A DNA stretch of 64,000 nucleotides from Polyangiales bacterium (GTDB lineage: Bacteria > Myxococcota_A > Polyangia > Polyangiales > CBDCBC01), in assembly GCA_965214225.1 (NCBI GenBank), contig OZ243942.1, positions 1,670,100 through 1,734,099 on the forward strand, read 5' to 3'. The notes below the pieces were generated by a model that was given only the letters and a program-made list of their open reading frames with translations, was not told the origin of the DNA and searched no databases. Below, in pieces: positions 18,836 to 29,349 of the stretch. The translations under genes were made by a program, and so were the position numbers. Each line of letters starts with the position of its first letter. Position 1 is the first letter of the stretch.

Positions 18836-21800
18836 ATGAAGCAATCGATGAAAGTGCTCTTGGCGTCGATCTGCGTGAGTTGCGGTCACGGCGGACGAAA
18901 CAGCCCGCAGGATTCAGCACCCGACATATTGGCGGCGAAGGAGAGCACCAGTCGACCGCACTCCGAAGGGCTGACCATTGTGCTCAGCGAGGGGACTCCC
19001 CCGCAGCACAAGACAGCGACGGCACAGCTGGTCGCAAGCAAGCCGCTACCGGCTGATCGCACGCGTGCGCTGCTTGCACGTCTTCCGCCGCTCGAGGGTG
19101 AGGACGAAGACGAGAAGCCTTTTGCCCTTCGCGGTGGATCGAAACCAGCTCCTAAAACAGGGCACACCGTCCGGGACACCTTTCCACCCACCAAACACGA
19201 GGCAAGGCCACCCACCACACACGGGGCAAGGCCACCTTCCGCTACTGGAGGTGCGCTGCGAGTGCTGCGGTTCGCTCCTGAGGGAGCGGTGCCCGTGGCG
19301 CCGCAGCTAAGCGTGACTTTTTCTGAGCCGATGGTTGCTGTCTCGTCCCAGAAGCAGGCGCAGTCGCACGTGCCGGTGCGTTTGTCTCCGCAACCTGCGG
19401 GTCAGTTTCGGTGGATTGGCACGCGCACGTTGCTCTTCGATCCGAAGGTGCGCATGCCGATGGCGACGCGTTACGAGGTGCAGGTTCCCGAAGGCACGCG
19501 CTCCGCCTCGGGGCATACGCTGCGCGCGGCCAAGCGATGGTTCTTTCAGACGCCTGCGCCAACGCTTCAGGCGCAGTGGCCCGCGGCACAGCCAGCGCGT
19601 CGACTAACGCCCATCTTCTTGCAGTTTGACCAGAGGATCGATGCAAGGGAGATGGCCAAGTCGATTTTTCTTCGTGCAAACGGCAAGGCGTGGAAGGTGC
19701 GGCTCGCCACCGCCAAGGAGATTGCGGCAAACGAGGAGGTTTCGCGTCTGGTGGAGCATGCTCGAGCGCAGCGCGAGGGCCGCTACATGGTCGTGCAGCC
19801 GGTGACGCAGCTTCCAGCTGACGCGGCTGTGACTGTGGTTGTGCGCAAGGGCGCCCCTTCAGCCGAGGGACCACGGCGAACGCAAAAGGAGCAACGCTTT
19901 AGCTTCCGCACCTATGCACCGTTGCACGTGGTCAAGAGCCGGTGTGGATGGCGGTCCACATGCCGACCTGGAATGCCCTGGGAAGTGCGCTTCAACAACC
20001 CGCTCGACGACACCGGGCTGGACACCTCCAGGATCGCCATCCGTCCCGCGTTGCCTGCACGAAGCATCGAGATTGTTGGCAACCACATGCTCGTGCGCGG
20101 GCAAGCCAAGGGCGAAACAACGTACCAGATCCGCGTGCCAGGGGCGCTGCAGGACACGTTTGGTCAGCGACTCGGAAAGGACAAGACGCTCACGTTCAAG
20201 GTTGGCCCTGCCAGGCCCACGCTGAGCGGACCAACAGGCCTTGTGGTGCTTGATCCTACGGCTGCTAAGCCAGTCTTTGGCGTCTACAGCACACGCTACC
20301 GGGCGCTGGACGTGCAAGCCTTCCGCGTGACTCCCACCGACTGGAGCGCCTTCCGCGGTTATCAGGAGCGTGCAGCGCGTCAGCGCACCTTCCTCAAGCC
20401 GCCCTTTCCTCGGGTGATGCACCACGTGGTGAAGGTGGCGGGCGATCCTCAGCAGCTGGTGGAAACCACGCTCGATCTTACGCGGGCGCTGGGCGGCAAA
20501 CTGGGACACCTGTATCTCGTGATCAAACCAGCGGACGAGCCTGAAGACGTGGCCGTCTCGCGCGCTACGCCTCGGGTGCAAGCATGGGTTCAGTCTACCC
20601 GCGTTGGATTGGACGCGTTCGTAGACAATAACCAGCTTTACGCTTGGAGCACGCAGCTGCGATCTGGGAAGGCTCTTCGGTCCACTGCGGACCTTGATCT
20701 GAAACTGGTCTCTGCGGGTTTATCACTGCAACCGACCAGGACGGCTGGCAGCGGAATCGCGACCTTCGCGCTTCCCACCGGTCCGCGGAAGGGCAGCGCC
20801 TTTCTGCTGGTCTCGAAAGGCAAGGACCGAGCTTTCCTTCCCGAGCACGACGCGTGGTGGTCGCGCGAAAGCAACTGGACCAGGCACCCGGTCAGGGAGG
20901 AGCTGCGCTGGTACATCTTCGACGACCGACAGATGTACCGCCCCGGCGAACAGGTTCGCCTAAAGGGTTGGTTGCGACGTCTTGATCCTGGTTTGCATGG
21001 TGACGTGATGCCGCTTGACGGCCAAGTTTCCTCGTTGACCTATCGGGTGCGCGATTCGCGTGGCAACCTCTTTGCTGAGGGCAGTACGCGAGTCAACCGA
21101 TTCGGCGGCTTTGACCTTACCGTTGCCCTGCCCAAAGACCTCAGCCTGGGTCACACCTCGGTCGAGCTGACGGCATCTGGCGACATGGCGCATCGGAGCA
21201 TGCACCACGCGTTCCAGGTGCAGGAGTTTCGTCGGCCCGAGTTCGAGGTGTCAACGTCCGCCTCCCAGGGCCCGCACATGGTAGGCCGACCAGCCGCGGT
21301 GACGCTGCACGCATCGTATTTCGCTGGGGGACCTTTGCCCCAAGCCAAAACGCGGTGGGAGGTTGTAAGCTTGCGGGGTAGCTTCGATCCGCCTGGACAC
21401 GACGACTACGCCTTTGGCGAGTGGCGCCCTTGGTGGGACTACGCGGGGGCCGCTTCCGGTATGGCTGCATCGGGCATGGCTGCATCGGGCATGGCTGGTG
21501 GGTTGGGTGTTGTTGGGCGTTCGGGCAGGGTCAGTCGACCCAACATGGATGAGGGTCACGTGCAGCAGCTCGAGGGTCTTACCGATGCGAGGGGTCGCCA
21601 CACCCTCGCTCTAGATTTTGCCTCAGTGAATCCGCCGCGCGCGACGCGTGTGACAGTGCACGGCACGGTGACCGACGTGAACCGCCAAGCCTGGTCAAGC
21701 AGCGAGACTCTGCTCGTGCACCCGTCGGCACATTACGTGGGTCTCAAAACCGAGAAAATGTTCTTTGACCGAAAGGCGCCGATGCGCGTTAGCGCAGTTG

Positions 21801-24800
21801 TTGTCGATCATGACGGCAAGCTTCTTTCACAGCGCTCAATCGCCATGCGCGCCGTGCGGCTTGACTGGACCTTCCGCCGCGGCGAGTTGACAGAGGTTGA
21901 AAAGAACCCGCAGCTCTGCCGAACGACAAGCTCCACCTCCACACCCGACGCCGCGACATGCACATTCCGCACAGAAGTTGGCGGGACCTACCGCATCACG
22001 GCCCGCGTCCGCGATGCGCAAGGGCGAGCCAATGAGACGGTGATTCAGCGTTGGGTGGCCGGCGGCAAACTTCCTGCACAACGGGGGGTCGAGCTGGAAG
22101 ACGTGGTGCTGATTCCGGATAAGGAAACGTATCGGCCGGGGGAGAAGGCCAGGGTGCTGGTACAGGCCCCATTCTATCCGGCGGAAGGCGTGGTGACGTG
22201 GCAGCGCTCGGGCATCGAACACATTGCACGCTTCCGGATGAAGGGGCCCACGCACACACTGGAGGTTCCTCTCTCGGACCGGCATACGCCCAATCTCCAG
22301 ATTCAGGTGAACCTCAACGGGACCGCAACACGCCGTCGTGACGACGGCATGCCCGACCCCAAACTTCCGGCGCGTCCTGCCTTTGCTCAAGGCAACGTGA
22401 TGCTGAAGATTCCACCACAGCGCCGTGTGATCCAGGTCGAGGTCAAACCGGCACAACGCGCGGTTGAGCCTGGCTCCGAAACAAAGGTTGCTGTTGCCCT
22501 ATCCAACGCAGCTGGGGAGCCTTTAGGCGGCGCCGAGGTCGCCGCGGTGGTGGTGGATGAGGCCGTCCTGTCGCTCAGCCAGTACGCACTACCTGATCCG
22601 GTTGAAAGCTTCTACTCGGATCGACCCGGCGGCGTGCGCGAACACCACCTGCGCAGCTGGATCACGCTGGCAAGACCAGAGGCAGGTGACGCCACGGAGG
22701 AGGATCAATCAACGGCGCAGTTCAGCCGGAGGGAGCTCATTTCCCAAGAAGCTGCGCCTCGAGCCTCACGCGCCTTTGGAGGCTCTGCCGCGGACCATGT
22801 TCCGGGGCCCATCGTGGTGCGAAAGAACTTTGACGCGCTGGCGCTCTTTGCGCCGTCGGTGGTGACCAATGCCGCCGGACATGCCACTCTCAATGTAAAG
22901 GTTCCCGATAACCTGACGCGCTACCGCATCATGGTGGTCGCCACAGACGGAGCACGCGCTTTTGGTAAGGGAGAGTCGTCGCTTACGGCGCGTCTGCCGC
23001 TGATGGTGCGTCCATCGCCGCCGCGCTTCCTCAACATCGGCGACCGCTTTGAGCTACCGGTCGTGCTGCAAAACCAAACGGGTGATGCGATGCAGGTTGA
23101 CGTGGCGGTGCGGGGCCGAAACCTTGAGCTGAAGTCCTCAGGGAAGCGCTTACAGATTCCTGCACACGACCGCGTGGAGGTGCGCTTTGCTGCGGCGGCG
23201 CGCCTTCCCGGCACGGCACGGCTTCAAGTAGCGACAAGCGCGGCGCGCTTTGCTGACGCGGCAACGGCTTCTTGGCCCGTGTGGACCCCGGCAACGACCG
23301 AGGCCTTCGCGACCTACGGCGTAGTTGAGGATGGGGTGATGCGGCAGCCGGTGGCGGTGCCGCCAGAGGCCGAGCCTCGCTACGGCGATCTCTCCATCAC
23401 CACGTCCTCGACACAACTGCAGTCGCTAACCGACGCCTTTCTGTACCTGATGGAGTATCCCTTCGCCAGCAGCGAGCAGATGGCCTCCCGCGTCTTAGCG
23501 GTGGCTGCGCTGCGGGACGTGCTGCAGGCCTTCTCGGTGGAAGATCTGCCTTCACCAAGGGAGCTTGAGCAAGTTGTTGCAAAAGACCTCAAGCAGCTCT
23601 CGGCGCTGCAAAACCCCGATGGCGGCTTTGCCTTCTGGCGCCGCGGCGATCCCTCATGGCCTTTCGTTAGCATCCACGTGGCTCACGCCTTTGCGCGGGC
23701 GAGGGAAAAAGAATTTCAGGTGCCTGACGAAGCAGTTTCACGAAGCCTCGCGTATCTGCGTACGATCCGCACGCACATTCCTGCGAGCTATCCGCGGGAG
23801 GCGCAGTGGGCGCTGCGTGCGTACGCATTGGCCGTGCGGAGACGACTCGGAGAGGATGTTGCGAAAGATGGGCGCGCGCTCGTCGCGGAAGCCCAGCCCG
23901 GCAAGCTCCCCCTCGAGGCGGCCGGCTGGCTGCTTAGCGCGCTTGAAGGAGACGGCGCATCAGCGGCGCAGCGAACGGCGATTCATCGGCATCTAGAGAA
24001 CAAGGTCAGCGAAACGGCCGCTGGAGCGCACTTTGTCACCTCGTATGGCGATGGGGAGCATCTGATGCTTCATTCCGACAGACGCGTCGACGGCGTGGTG
24101 CTCGAAGCGCTGATTGCAAACCGCCCCGAGAGCGACTTGATCGTGAAGCTCGTCCGCGGCCTATTGGCACACAAGCAGCGAGGGCGGTGGAGCAACACAC
24201 AAGACAACGTGTTCGCCTTACTCGCGCTCGACACGTACTTTCAGACATATGAGAAGTCAGCACCCAACTTCGTCGCGCGGGTGTGGCTAGGGGAGCAGCA
24301 TGCGGGCAGTCACCCTTTCCGCGGACGCAACGTTGCAAGCGAGCAGCTCACTATCCCGCTGAGCTACCTCGCGGAGCATCAACCGAAGGCTGCTCTGACG
24401 CTGCAGAAGCAGGGGACGGGTCGCTTGTATTATCGCGTGGGGATGACATACGCGCCCAAGAGCCTGCGCCTCGAGTCCGCCGACCATGGGTTTGCCGTGT
24501 CCCGGCGTTACCACGCCGTGGATGAGCCGAGCGATGTGCGGCGCGACGACAGCGGCACCTGGCATATCAAATCCGGTGCGCGCGTCCGGGTTGAGCTTGT
24601 GATGGTGGCCACCAGCCGTCGATACCACGTGGCCCTTGTAGATCCGATGGCGGCAGGCCTTGAACCGATGAACGCGGCGCTGTCTGTCACCGGCCCCCTG
24701 CCGACGTCGGATGCCGACCCCAAGCCGCACACGTGGTGGCGCCGCACGTGGTACGAGCATCAGAATCTACGCGACGAGCGAGCCGAGGCCTTCACATCGC

Positions 24801-24946
24801 TGCTTTGGGAAGGGGTGCACCGTTACGAATACTATGTGCGTGCCTCCACCCCTGGAACGTTCGTCGTACCTTCCACCAAAGCCGAGGAGATGTACCACCC
24901 GGAAACCTTCGGCCGCTCGAGCACCGACCGCATCGTCATAGACTAG
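18836..24946 (+). CDS. bacterial alpha-2-macroglobulin family lipoprotein
   Basis: Ig-like repeats, DDRQMYRPGE, VQEFRRPEFEV, VVDEAVLSL, PDNLTRYR, YPFASSEQ, LQNPDGGFAFW, W.NTQDN, AEEMYHPETFGRS. Confidence 0.92.
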   Translation: MKQSMKVLLASICVSCGHGGRNSPQDSAPDILAAKESTSRPHSEGLTIVLSEGTPPQHKTATAQLVASKPLPADRTRALLARLPPLEGEDEDEKPFALRGGSKPAPKTGHTVRDTFPPTKHEARPPTTHGARPPSATGGALRVLRFAPEGAVPVAPQLSVTFSEPMVAVSSQKQAQSHVPVRLSPQPAGQFRWIGTRTLLFDPKVRMPMATRYEVQVPEGTRSASGHTLRAAKRWFFQTPAPTLQAQWPAAQPARRLTPIFLQFDQRIDAREMAKSIFLRANGKAWKVRLATAKEIAANEEVSRLVEHARAQREGRYMVVQPVTQLPADAAVTVVVRKGAPSAEGPRRTQKEQRFSFRTYAPLHVVKSRCGWRSTCRPGMPWEVRFNNPLDDTGLDTSRIAIRPALPARSIEIVGNHMLVRGQAKGETTYQIRVPGALQDTFGQRLGKDKTLTFKVGPARPTLSGPTGLVVLDPTAAKPVFGVYSTRYRALDVQAFRVTPTDWSAFRGYQERAARQRTFLKPPFPRVMHHVVKVAGDPQQLVETTLDLTRALGGKLGHLYLVIKPADEPEDVAVSRATPRVQAWVQSTRVGLDAFVDNNQLYAWSTQLRSGKALRSTADLDLKLVSAGLSLQPTRTAGSGIATFALPTGPRKGSAFLLVSKGKDRAFLPEHDAWWSRESNWTRHPVREELRWYIFDDRQMYRPGEQVRLKGWLRRLDPGLHGDVMPLDGQVSSLTYRVRDSRGNLFAEGSTRVNRFGGFDLTVALPKDLSLGHTSVELTASGDMAHRSMHHAFQVQEFRRPEFEVSTSASQGPHMVGRPAAVTLHASYFAGGPLPQAKTRWEVVSLRGSFDPPGHDDYAFGEWRPWWDYAGAASGMAASGMAASGMAGGLGVVGRSGRVSRPNMDEGHVQQLEGLTDARGRHTLALDFASVNPPRATRVTVHGTVTDVNRQAWSSSETLLVHPSAHYVGLKTEKMFFDRKAPMRVSAVVVDHDGKLLSQRSIAMRAVRLDWTFRRGELTEVEKNPQLCRTTSSTSTPDAATCTFRTEVGGTYRITARVRDAQGRANETVIQRWVAGGKLPAQRGVELEDVVLIPDKETYRPGEKARVLVQAPFYPAEGVVTWQRSGIEHIARFRMKGPTHTLEVPLSDRHTPNLQIQVNLNGTATRRRDDGMPDPKLPARPAFAQGNVMLKIPPQRRVIQVEVKPAQRAVEPGSETKVAVALSNAAGEPLGGAEVAAVVVDEAVLSLSQYALPDPVESFYSDRPGGVREHHLRSWITLARPEAGDATEEDQSTAQFSRRELISQEAAPRASRAFGGSAADHVPGPIVVRKNFDALALFAPSVVTNAAGHATLNVKVPDNLTRYRIMVVATDGARAFGKGESSLTARLPLMVRPSPPRFLNIGDRFELPVVLQNQTGDAMQVDVAVRGRNLELKSSGKRLQIPAHDRVEVRFAAAARLPGTARLQVATSAARFADAATASWPVWTPATTEAFATYGVVEDGVMRQPVAVPPEAEPRYGDLSITTSSTQLQSLTDAFLYLMEYPFASSEQMASRVLAVAALRDVLQAFSVEDLPSPRELEQVVAKDLKQLSALQNPDGGFAFWRRGDPSWPFVSIHVAHAFARAREKEFQVPDEAVSRSLAYLRTIRTHIPASYPREAQWALRAYALAVRRRLGEDVAKDGRALVAEAQPGKLPLEAAGWLLSALEGDGASAAQRTAIHRHLENKVSETAAGAHFVTSYGDGEHLMLHSDRRVDGVVLEALIANRPESDLIVKLVRGLLAHKQRGRWSNTQDNVFALLALDTYFQTYEKSAPNFVARVWLGEQHAGSHPFRGRNVASEQLTIPLSYLAEHQPKAALTLQKQGTGRLYYRVGMTYAPKSLRLESADHGFAVSRRYHAVDEPSDVRRDDSGTWHIKSGARVRVELVMVATSRRYHVALVDPMAAGLEPMNAALSVTGPLPTSDADPKPHTWWRRTWYEHQNLRDERAEAFTSLLWEGVHRYEYYVRASTPGTFVVPSTKAEEMYHPETFGRSSTDRIVID

Positions 24947-25279
24947 ACGCACCGGGAGGAGGTTCGGTCGCCCGGTGGAACATGCTGAGGATAAAGAGAT
25001 CGTAGCAGCGGAGGTAAGTGCACAGCTCGCCGTTCCGGTTCATGCGCTTTCCTTCTCGCAGGCTGCCTTGTCTTTGCGGGAACGCGTTCTTGCGGAGGGT
25101 CTGGAGCTTTGAGCCCAGTCGACGCGCGGCGACTTCGGCTCATCGCTGAACTTCAACGTGATTGGCAACAGGTCTGCAGCCACTGCGACAAGTCGCTGAG
25201 CGTCGAGCCGGATGACAGTGAACCTGCAGCAGCATTGGTGGCTTTGTCGCTCGATCACGCCTACGCGGCCCCCTAAATT

Positions 25280-26509
25280 TCACTCCACAACAAAGCCGTC
25301 AAGTTCTCCCACGCTTCCTATCTCGGTTACGAAGATGTAGACCTTGGCTGGAAAGGGCGGATTCTGTTCATCATCGGCGTTCCAGAACTGACGTTCAAGC
25401 AGCCGCTCGCGCAACATGACAATTTCACCCACGTTCCAGTATCCATCGCGGTTGCTATCGGCTAACTCCGCCTCCATGTTGGCGTCTCGTGAGGTCGTCT
25501 CGTTGAACTGCGTGTCCAACGACCGGAGCCCTTCGCGGTCGAGCCGGAACGAAAGATCATCCCACCGCGGAGCGGATTGCGGCACCAAGATCTCTTCCAG
25601 GGTGATCGCGATCAGCGGATCAAGGGCGTCGGTGCGAAGCACTTGCGGCTCGTCGCGGACGCTCACCTGTAAGTCTTCACGCTGCCACTCCATATCGTCA
25701 TCGCAACGTTTGTGGCGCAAGAACTCAAGAGCAGCATTGTCAGCGGTGGCATTGAAGAAGGTGACTTCAGCAACTTCCTCTTCCTCGCGAGAAAGAGGCT
25801 TCAGTATCGGACGCTCCGTGTAACCACATTTCCAGCTGGCCAAAAAGACGCGCTCCTTGTCTATCTCCGCAGGAAAAGGAGCATCCGGTGCGGGAAACCT
25901 ATCACCAAGCACTTGCGCAAGGGCTTCGACGGCGGTTTGGTTAAGTCCTCCGAAGTAGGCGATCTGATGGCTGAGTGACAGCAGATACGTGCCCTCGAGT
26001 GCATCATCCGGCTCGTCTCCGAGCGGTAAACTGCCCACGGGCCAGACGCACAACCCCGCCTCATTGGGAACGGTACAGCCGATGATCCAACCGAAGGCGA
26101 CTTCACCTTCTGCCCCCTCGTACGGATTGGGCGAGGGTTCTTCTGTCGCTTTGGATACATCCGCTCCGAACTCGCTTAGTTCGAAACGGGCATCATCGGG
26201 TGGCGGACCAATATCGGCAGCAGAGAACGCTGCCCGCCCATCCGACTGTAGCTTCAGTGTCTCGAGGGCGACGGGAATCGAGTTGCCCGGGTGGGACTCA
26301 TCCACCTCGGGCTTTGAGCGCCACCAAGCGACGTTCAGCGTCACTTCCTGGCCGGCGGCTTCGGGGCCGAGGTCGATTTCCCCTTGCACTTCGAGATGCA
26401 GGAAGTTGGTTTCGTCGTCACCCGTGCATCCCCAGAGGGCGAGCGATGAAAGGCAGAGGATGTTAAGCAGTTGGCGTATCATGAGTTTCCTTATGTTCGG
26501 TGGGTTCAT
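25280..26509 (-). CDS. acidic hypothetical lipoprotein
   Basis: LWG-C lipobox; DSNRDG EF-hand/dockerin-like loop near the C-terminus; start may be 26482. Confidence 0.65.
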   Translation of the reverse strand: MNPPNIRKLMIRQLLNILCLSSLALWGCTGDDETNFLHLEVQGEIDLGPEAAGQEVTLNVAWWRSKPEVDESHPGNSIPVALETLKLQSDGRAAFSAADIGPPPDDARFELSEFGADVSKATEEPSPNPYEGAEGEVAFGWIIGCTVPNEAGLCVWPVGSLPLGDEPDDALEGTYLLSLSHQIAYFGGLNQTAVEALAQVLGDRFPAPDAPFPAEIDKERVFLASWKCGYTERPILKPLSREEEEVAEVTFFNATADNAALEFLRHKRCDDDMEWQREDLQVSVRDEPQVLRTDALDPLIAITLEEILVPQSAPRWDDLSFRLDREGLRSLDTQFNETTSRDANMEAELADSNRDGYWNVGEIVMLRERLLERQFWNADDEQNPPFPAKVYIFVTEIGSVGELDGFVVE

Positions 26510-26879
26510 CGGCGGTAGATTAAGCGAGCGACCATCACCATGCTTTGCTGCAAAAGAGCGTCTATCAGTGCGTGCGGTGTCATAAGCTTATGCTTTCCAT
26601 CCTGACGTAACGAGCGCTCGGCCTCGAGTGATTCTTTTGTCATGCCAAAACATCCTGTAATTTCACACCGATGCATCTTATTTCGTACAGAATGATGAGA
26701 TCTGGATCCGGAAAAGCGGCACCCACAGGATTCGATGAAGCGCCATGGTGAAGCGACGACCAGCGTGGATGCAAAGCGAGTTTTGGAGGGGACCGCCTCA
26801 TGACTGACAAGCAAGATGACTGCGTTTTGCGGGAGCCGGCAGACAGAGCGGAACAGGTCAATGCCAGTGCCTCCGGCAC

Positions 26880-26975
26880 CAATGCCAGTCAAATGAGTTA
26901 CGTCGCGAGCGCCCCCGCAGGGAAAAATCACAGCGTACGTGGGATGGGATCGCATTCGCTGCGCGACAAGGAGCA
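26880..26975. repeat. palindromic repeat family A, degenerate partial copy
   Basis: gagcgcccccgcagggaaaaatcacagcgtacgtgggatgggatcgca matches the cores at 8410 and 41154. Confidence 0.6.
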
Positions 26976-27026
26976 GCTTCGCTGTGAGGGTGGTTGGCTC
27001 AGAGTCTCGCGTGCTAGGCTTCCGGT

Positions 27027-27254
27027 ATGTCGGAGGAGCAAAACCGTGAAGAGCAAGCCGGTGAAGAGCAAACCGGTGAAGAGCAAACCCGAGCCGGGCG
27101 AAAGGTGAGCGTCATCCAACGCAAGCTGAACCTGTCGTTCGGTCTCTTTGCGATGGCGTTCAAAATCAAGCGCCATCAACTCAAGAGGAAATACCCCACA
27201 CTAGGCGCAAGCGAGCTTCGGGAGCGGACCTTGCAATCATTTGAAGGGTGGTAA
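27027..27254 (+). CDS. small hypothetical protein upstream of a nucleotidyltransferase (putative TA partner)
   Basis: Stops 3 bp before the NTase ATG; LKRKYP...ELRER pattern; true start possibly 27105. Confidence 0.45.
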   Translation: MSEEQNREEQAGEEQTGEEQTRAGRKVSVIQRKLNLSFGLFAMAFKIKRHQLKRKYPTLGASELRERTLQSFEGW

Positions 27255-27257
27255 ACC

Positions 27258-27815
27258 ATGACGGGGATGGACGTACTTGCCGTTTTTGTCGACGTTCTTC
27301 GTCGGTTCGAGGGTGGAGGCGTACCTTACATGGTGGTCGGTTCGGTCGGGTCGATTATCTACGGTGAGCCTCGGCTTACCAAAGACATGGATCTCGTGGT
27401 CTCTGTCAAGCCAGAGCAGGCCGCTAGTTTCGAAGTGATGTTCCCTTTTGAAGACTTCTACTGTCCTCCGCTCGAAGTCGTGCGGGAAGAAGTTATCCAA
27501 CGTGGCCAGTTCAACCTTATTCACCACGCATCGGGGCTCAAGATCGATGTGATCATCCGAGGCAACTCTCCGCATGCCGTTGAAGAGTTTCGACGTCGGC
27601 AAAAGATTGAGTTCTGGGAAGACTATGAAGCCTATGTTGCGTCCGCCGAGGATATCATCATCAAGAAGCTTGAGTACTACCGGGAGGGGCGCTCAGAGAA
27701 GCACCTTACGGACATTCGCGGCATACTAGCAACAACAGATGTTGATCATGAATACCTTTCTGCGTGGGTCGAAAGGCTAAAGCTTGAGGAGTTCTACGGG
27801 CGAGTCGAAGGCTGA
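27258..27815 (+). CDS. nucleotidyltransferase (DUF6036/AbiEii-like)
   Basis: YMVVGS...YGEPRLTKDMDL, KID, SAEDIIIKKL, KH..DI. Confidence 0.85.
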   Translation: MTGMDVLAVFVDVLRRFEGGGVPYMVVGSVGSIIYGEPRLTKDMDLVVSVKPEQAASFEVMFPFEDFYCPPLEVVREEVIQRGQFNLIHHASGLKIDVIIRGNSPHAVEEFRRRQKIEFWEDYEAYVASAEDIIIKKLEYYREGRSEKHLTDIRGILATTDVDHEYLSAWVERLKLEEFYGRVEG

Positions 27816-27864
27816 GGTATCTAACGTAGAGTGGCTCTCACAACAGCGCCTTACGACTTCCCCA

Positions 27865-29007
27865 TCATTTTCCACCTCGAGAGATCCAATCCACGATTGA
27901 GTCGCCCTCGTACTGAGCGAGGTGATCGAGTCGGGTAACTTGATAGGCTAAAGCTGCGGCTCCCTCAGGAAGGGGATGGGGTGGAGGTCGCTGCACCCTC
28001 TCCTGCATCAGACGCGTGGTGGCATATTCCATGAAATGCGGTGCGGTACGTTCGAGCGTATTGTAAAGCGCGCGGGCATCGCGCCTCAGGTCATCTGTCT
28101 CAATTGCGCCTGAGGGGTTGCCAAGCACATCATCGGACACGTTGAGCATGTACCCAAGCTCCAGCACGGCCAGCCAGGTGCCCCTGAGCCCGCTAAGGAC
28201 ACCATAGACCGAGTCACCCCCACCGCAGCCGGATGCGTCGCTCTGATGCGAACTTGAGTAGTAGACCAGACCCCCGTAGTCGCCAGGGGTGACCTGCGCC
28301 AACGTACCCTCTTCGACGGCACGTAAATGCACCGGAGCCGTGTCGAACGCCTCGTAGCGGGTGTGGTGGCGTAGCGCCAGGCGAAGATGGCCCGCGCGGG
28401 ACTCGGCACGCATCGCATCTTGAGTCGGTGCGGCACCGTCCAGCATAAGAACGCGATCGAGCTGGCCATCTTCGGAATCAAGGGGAGCGTCAGCGAAGCG
28501 AAGAGACACCGCGCGCTGGTAACCCATACCCATAGGCGAATCTGGCAATCGCAGAAGCGCGAGGTTGAAGAAGTCGTGGTTTCCACCAAACATCATCGGG
28601 TCACTTGTTGCCAGCTGATCGATGTTCTCCAACGCGCTTGGGTGCACGACGAGTGGAGCGTCGTTTGCGCTCACTGAAAACTCCCGCTTTCCCCAACTTG
28701 GAAAATAGATTACGTAGTGCGTCACGCGTAGTCCCGCCTCACGCTGAAGGTGCCGCTTGGCAAGTTCCAGTCCGGTTGAAGTGACGAGCACTGGAAGCTC
28801 TGGATCCACGATAAAGCCGCTGGCACCGCCGCACGGCTCGGCCCCGCACCATTGGAGGATGAATACCGTGTTAGGTGAAGCGTCATAGGAGACATTTGTC
28901 TCCAGAGGATTGTCTGTCGCGACCCCGGCAGAATCGTCCGCTACGCAGGCGGTAAGAGCGTGCGCGGCGAACATACCCGCTACACACGCAACACGTACAC
29001 GTTTCAT
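27865..29007 (-). CDS. lipoprotein with a degenerate trypsin-like (S1) fold
   Basis: LTA-C lipobox; C..GGASGFIV...VLVTS, NLALLRL, PGDYGG, VYGVLSG occur in S1 motif order. Confidence 0.55.
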   Translation of the reverse strand: MKRVRVACVAGMFAAHALTACVADDSAGVATDNPLETNVSYDASPNTVFILQWCGAEPCGGASGFIVDPELPVLVTSTGLELAKRHLQREAGLRVTHYVIYFPSWGKREFSVSANDAPLVVHPSALENIDQLATSDPMMFGGNHDFFNLALLRLPDSPMGMGYQRAVSLRFADAPLDSEDGQLDRVLMLDGAAPTQDAMRAESRAGHLRLALRHHTRYEAFDTAPVHLRAVEEGTLAQVTPGDYGGLVYYSSSHQSDASGCGGGDSVYGVLSGLRGTWLAVLELGYMLNVSDDVLGNPSGAIETDDLRRDARALYNTLERTAPHFMEYATTRLMQERVQRPPPHPLPEGAAALAYQVTRLDHLAQYEGDSIVDWISRGGK

Positions 29008-29349
29008 AGACTCAGCCTTCCACCTTACTCGCAGCTCGTTAGGATGCACATTACGTGCCATGGCAGAGCTAGCGGCTCCATTGCTTCTCCATTGCTGCCG
29101 TGCAGCGCACCGGCTGCGACTAGCGCTGGGTAGAAATTGAGCCGGGGAGAAGTTGAGACTCCGTCCGAAAGCGTTTCTTTGCAACGCGCGGGCGTGGTAT
29201 GCCTGAGCGGTGAGTGCACCCTCCCGTCTCAACCTCATAGCGAAGTGCCTGGGCAACACGTGGACGCACCTGCATGACGCGCCCACTTTGAGCGCTGCAA
29301 TCTCGCATGCGTCCACCGATCATGGGAGCTCGCGCAATCGTAGCGCGAA

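Noticed and set aside
19242-24760. Long antisense or alternative-frame ORFs within A2M (and similarly typA, ilvB, gyrB, slt)
   Set aside because: These are expected shadows of high-GC coding sequence, Arg/Ala/Pro-rich with no motifs
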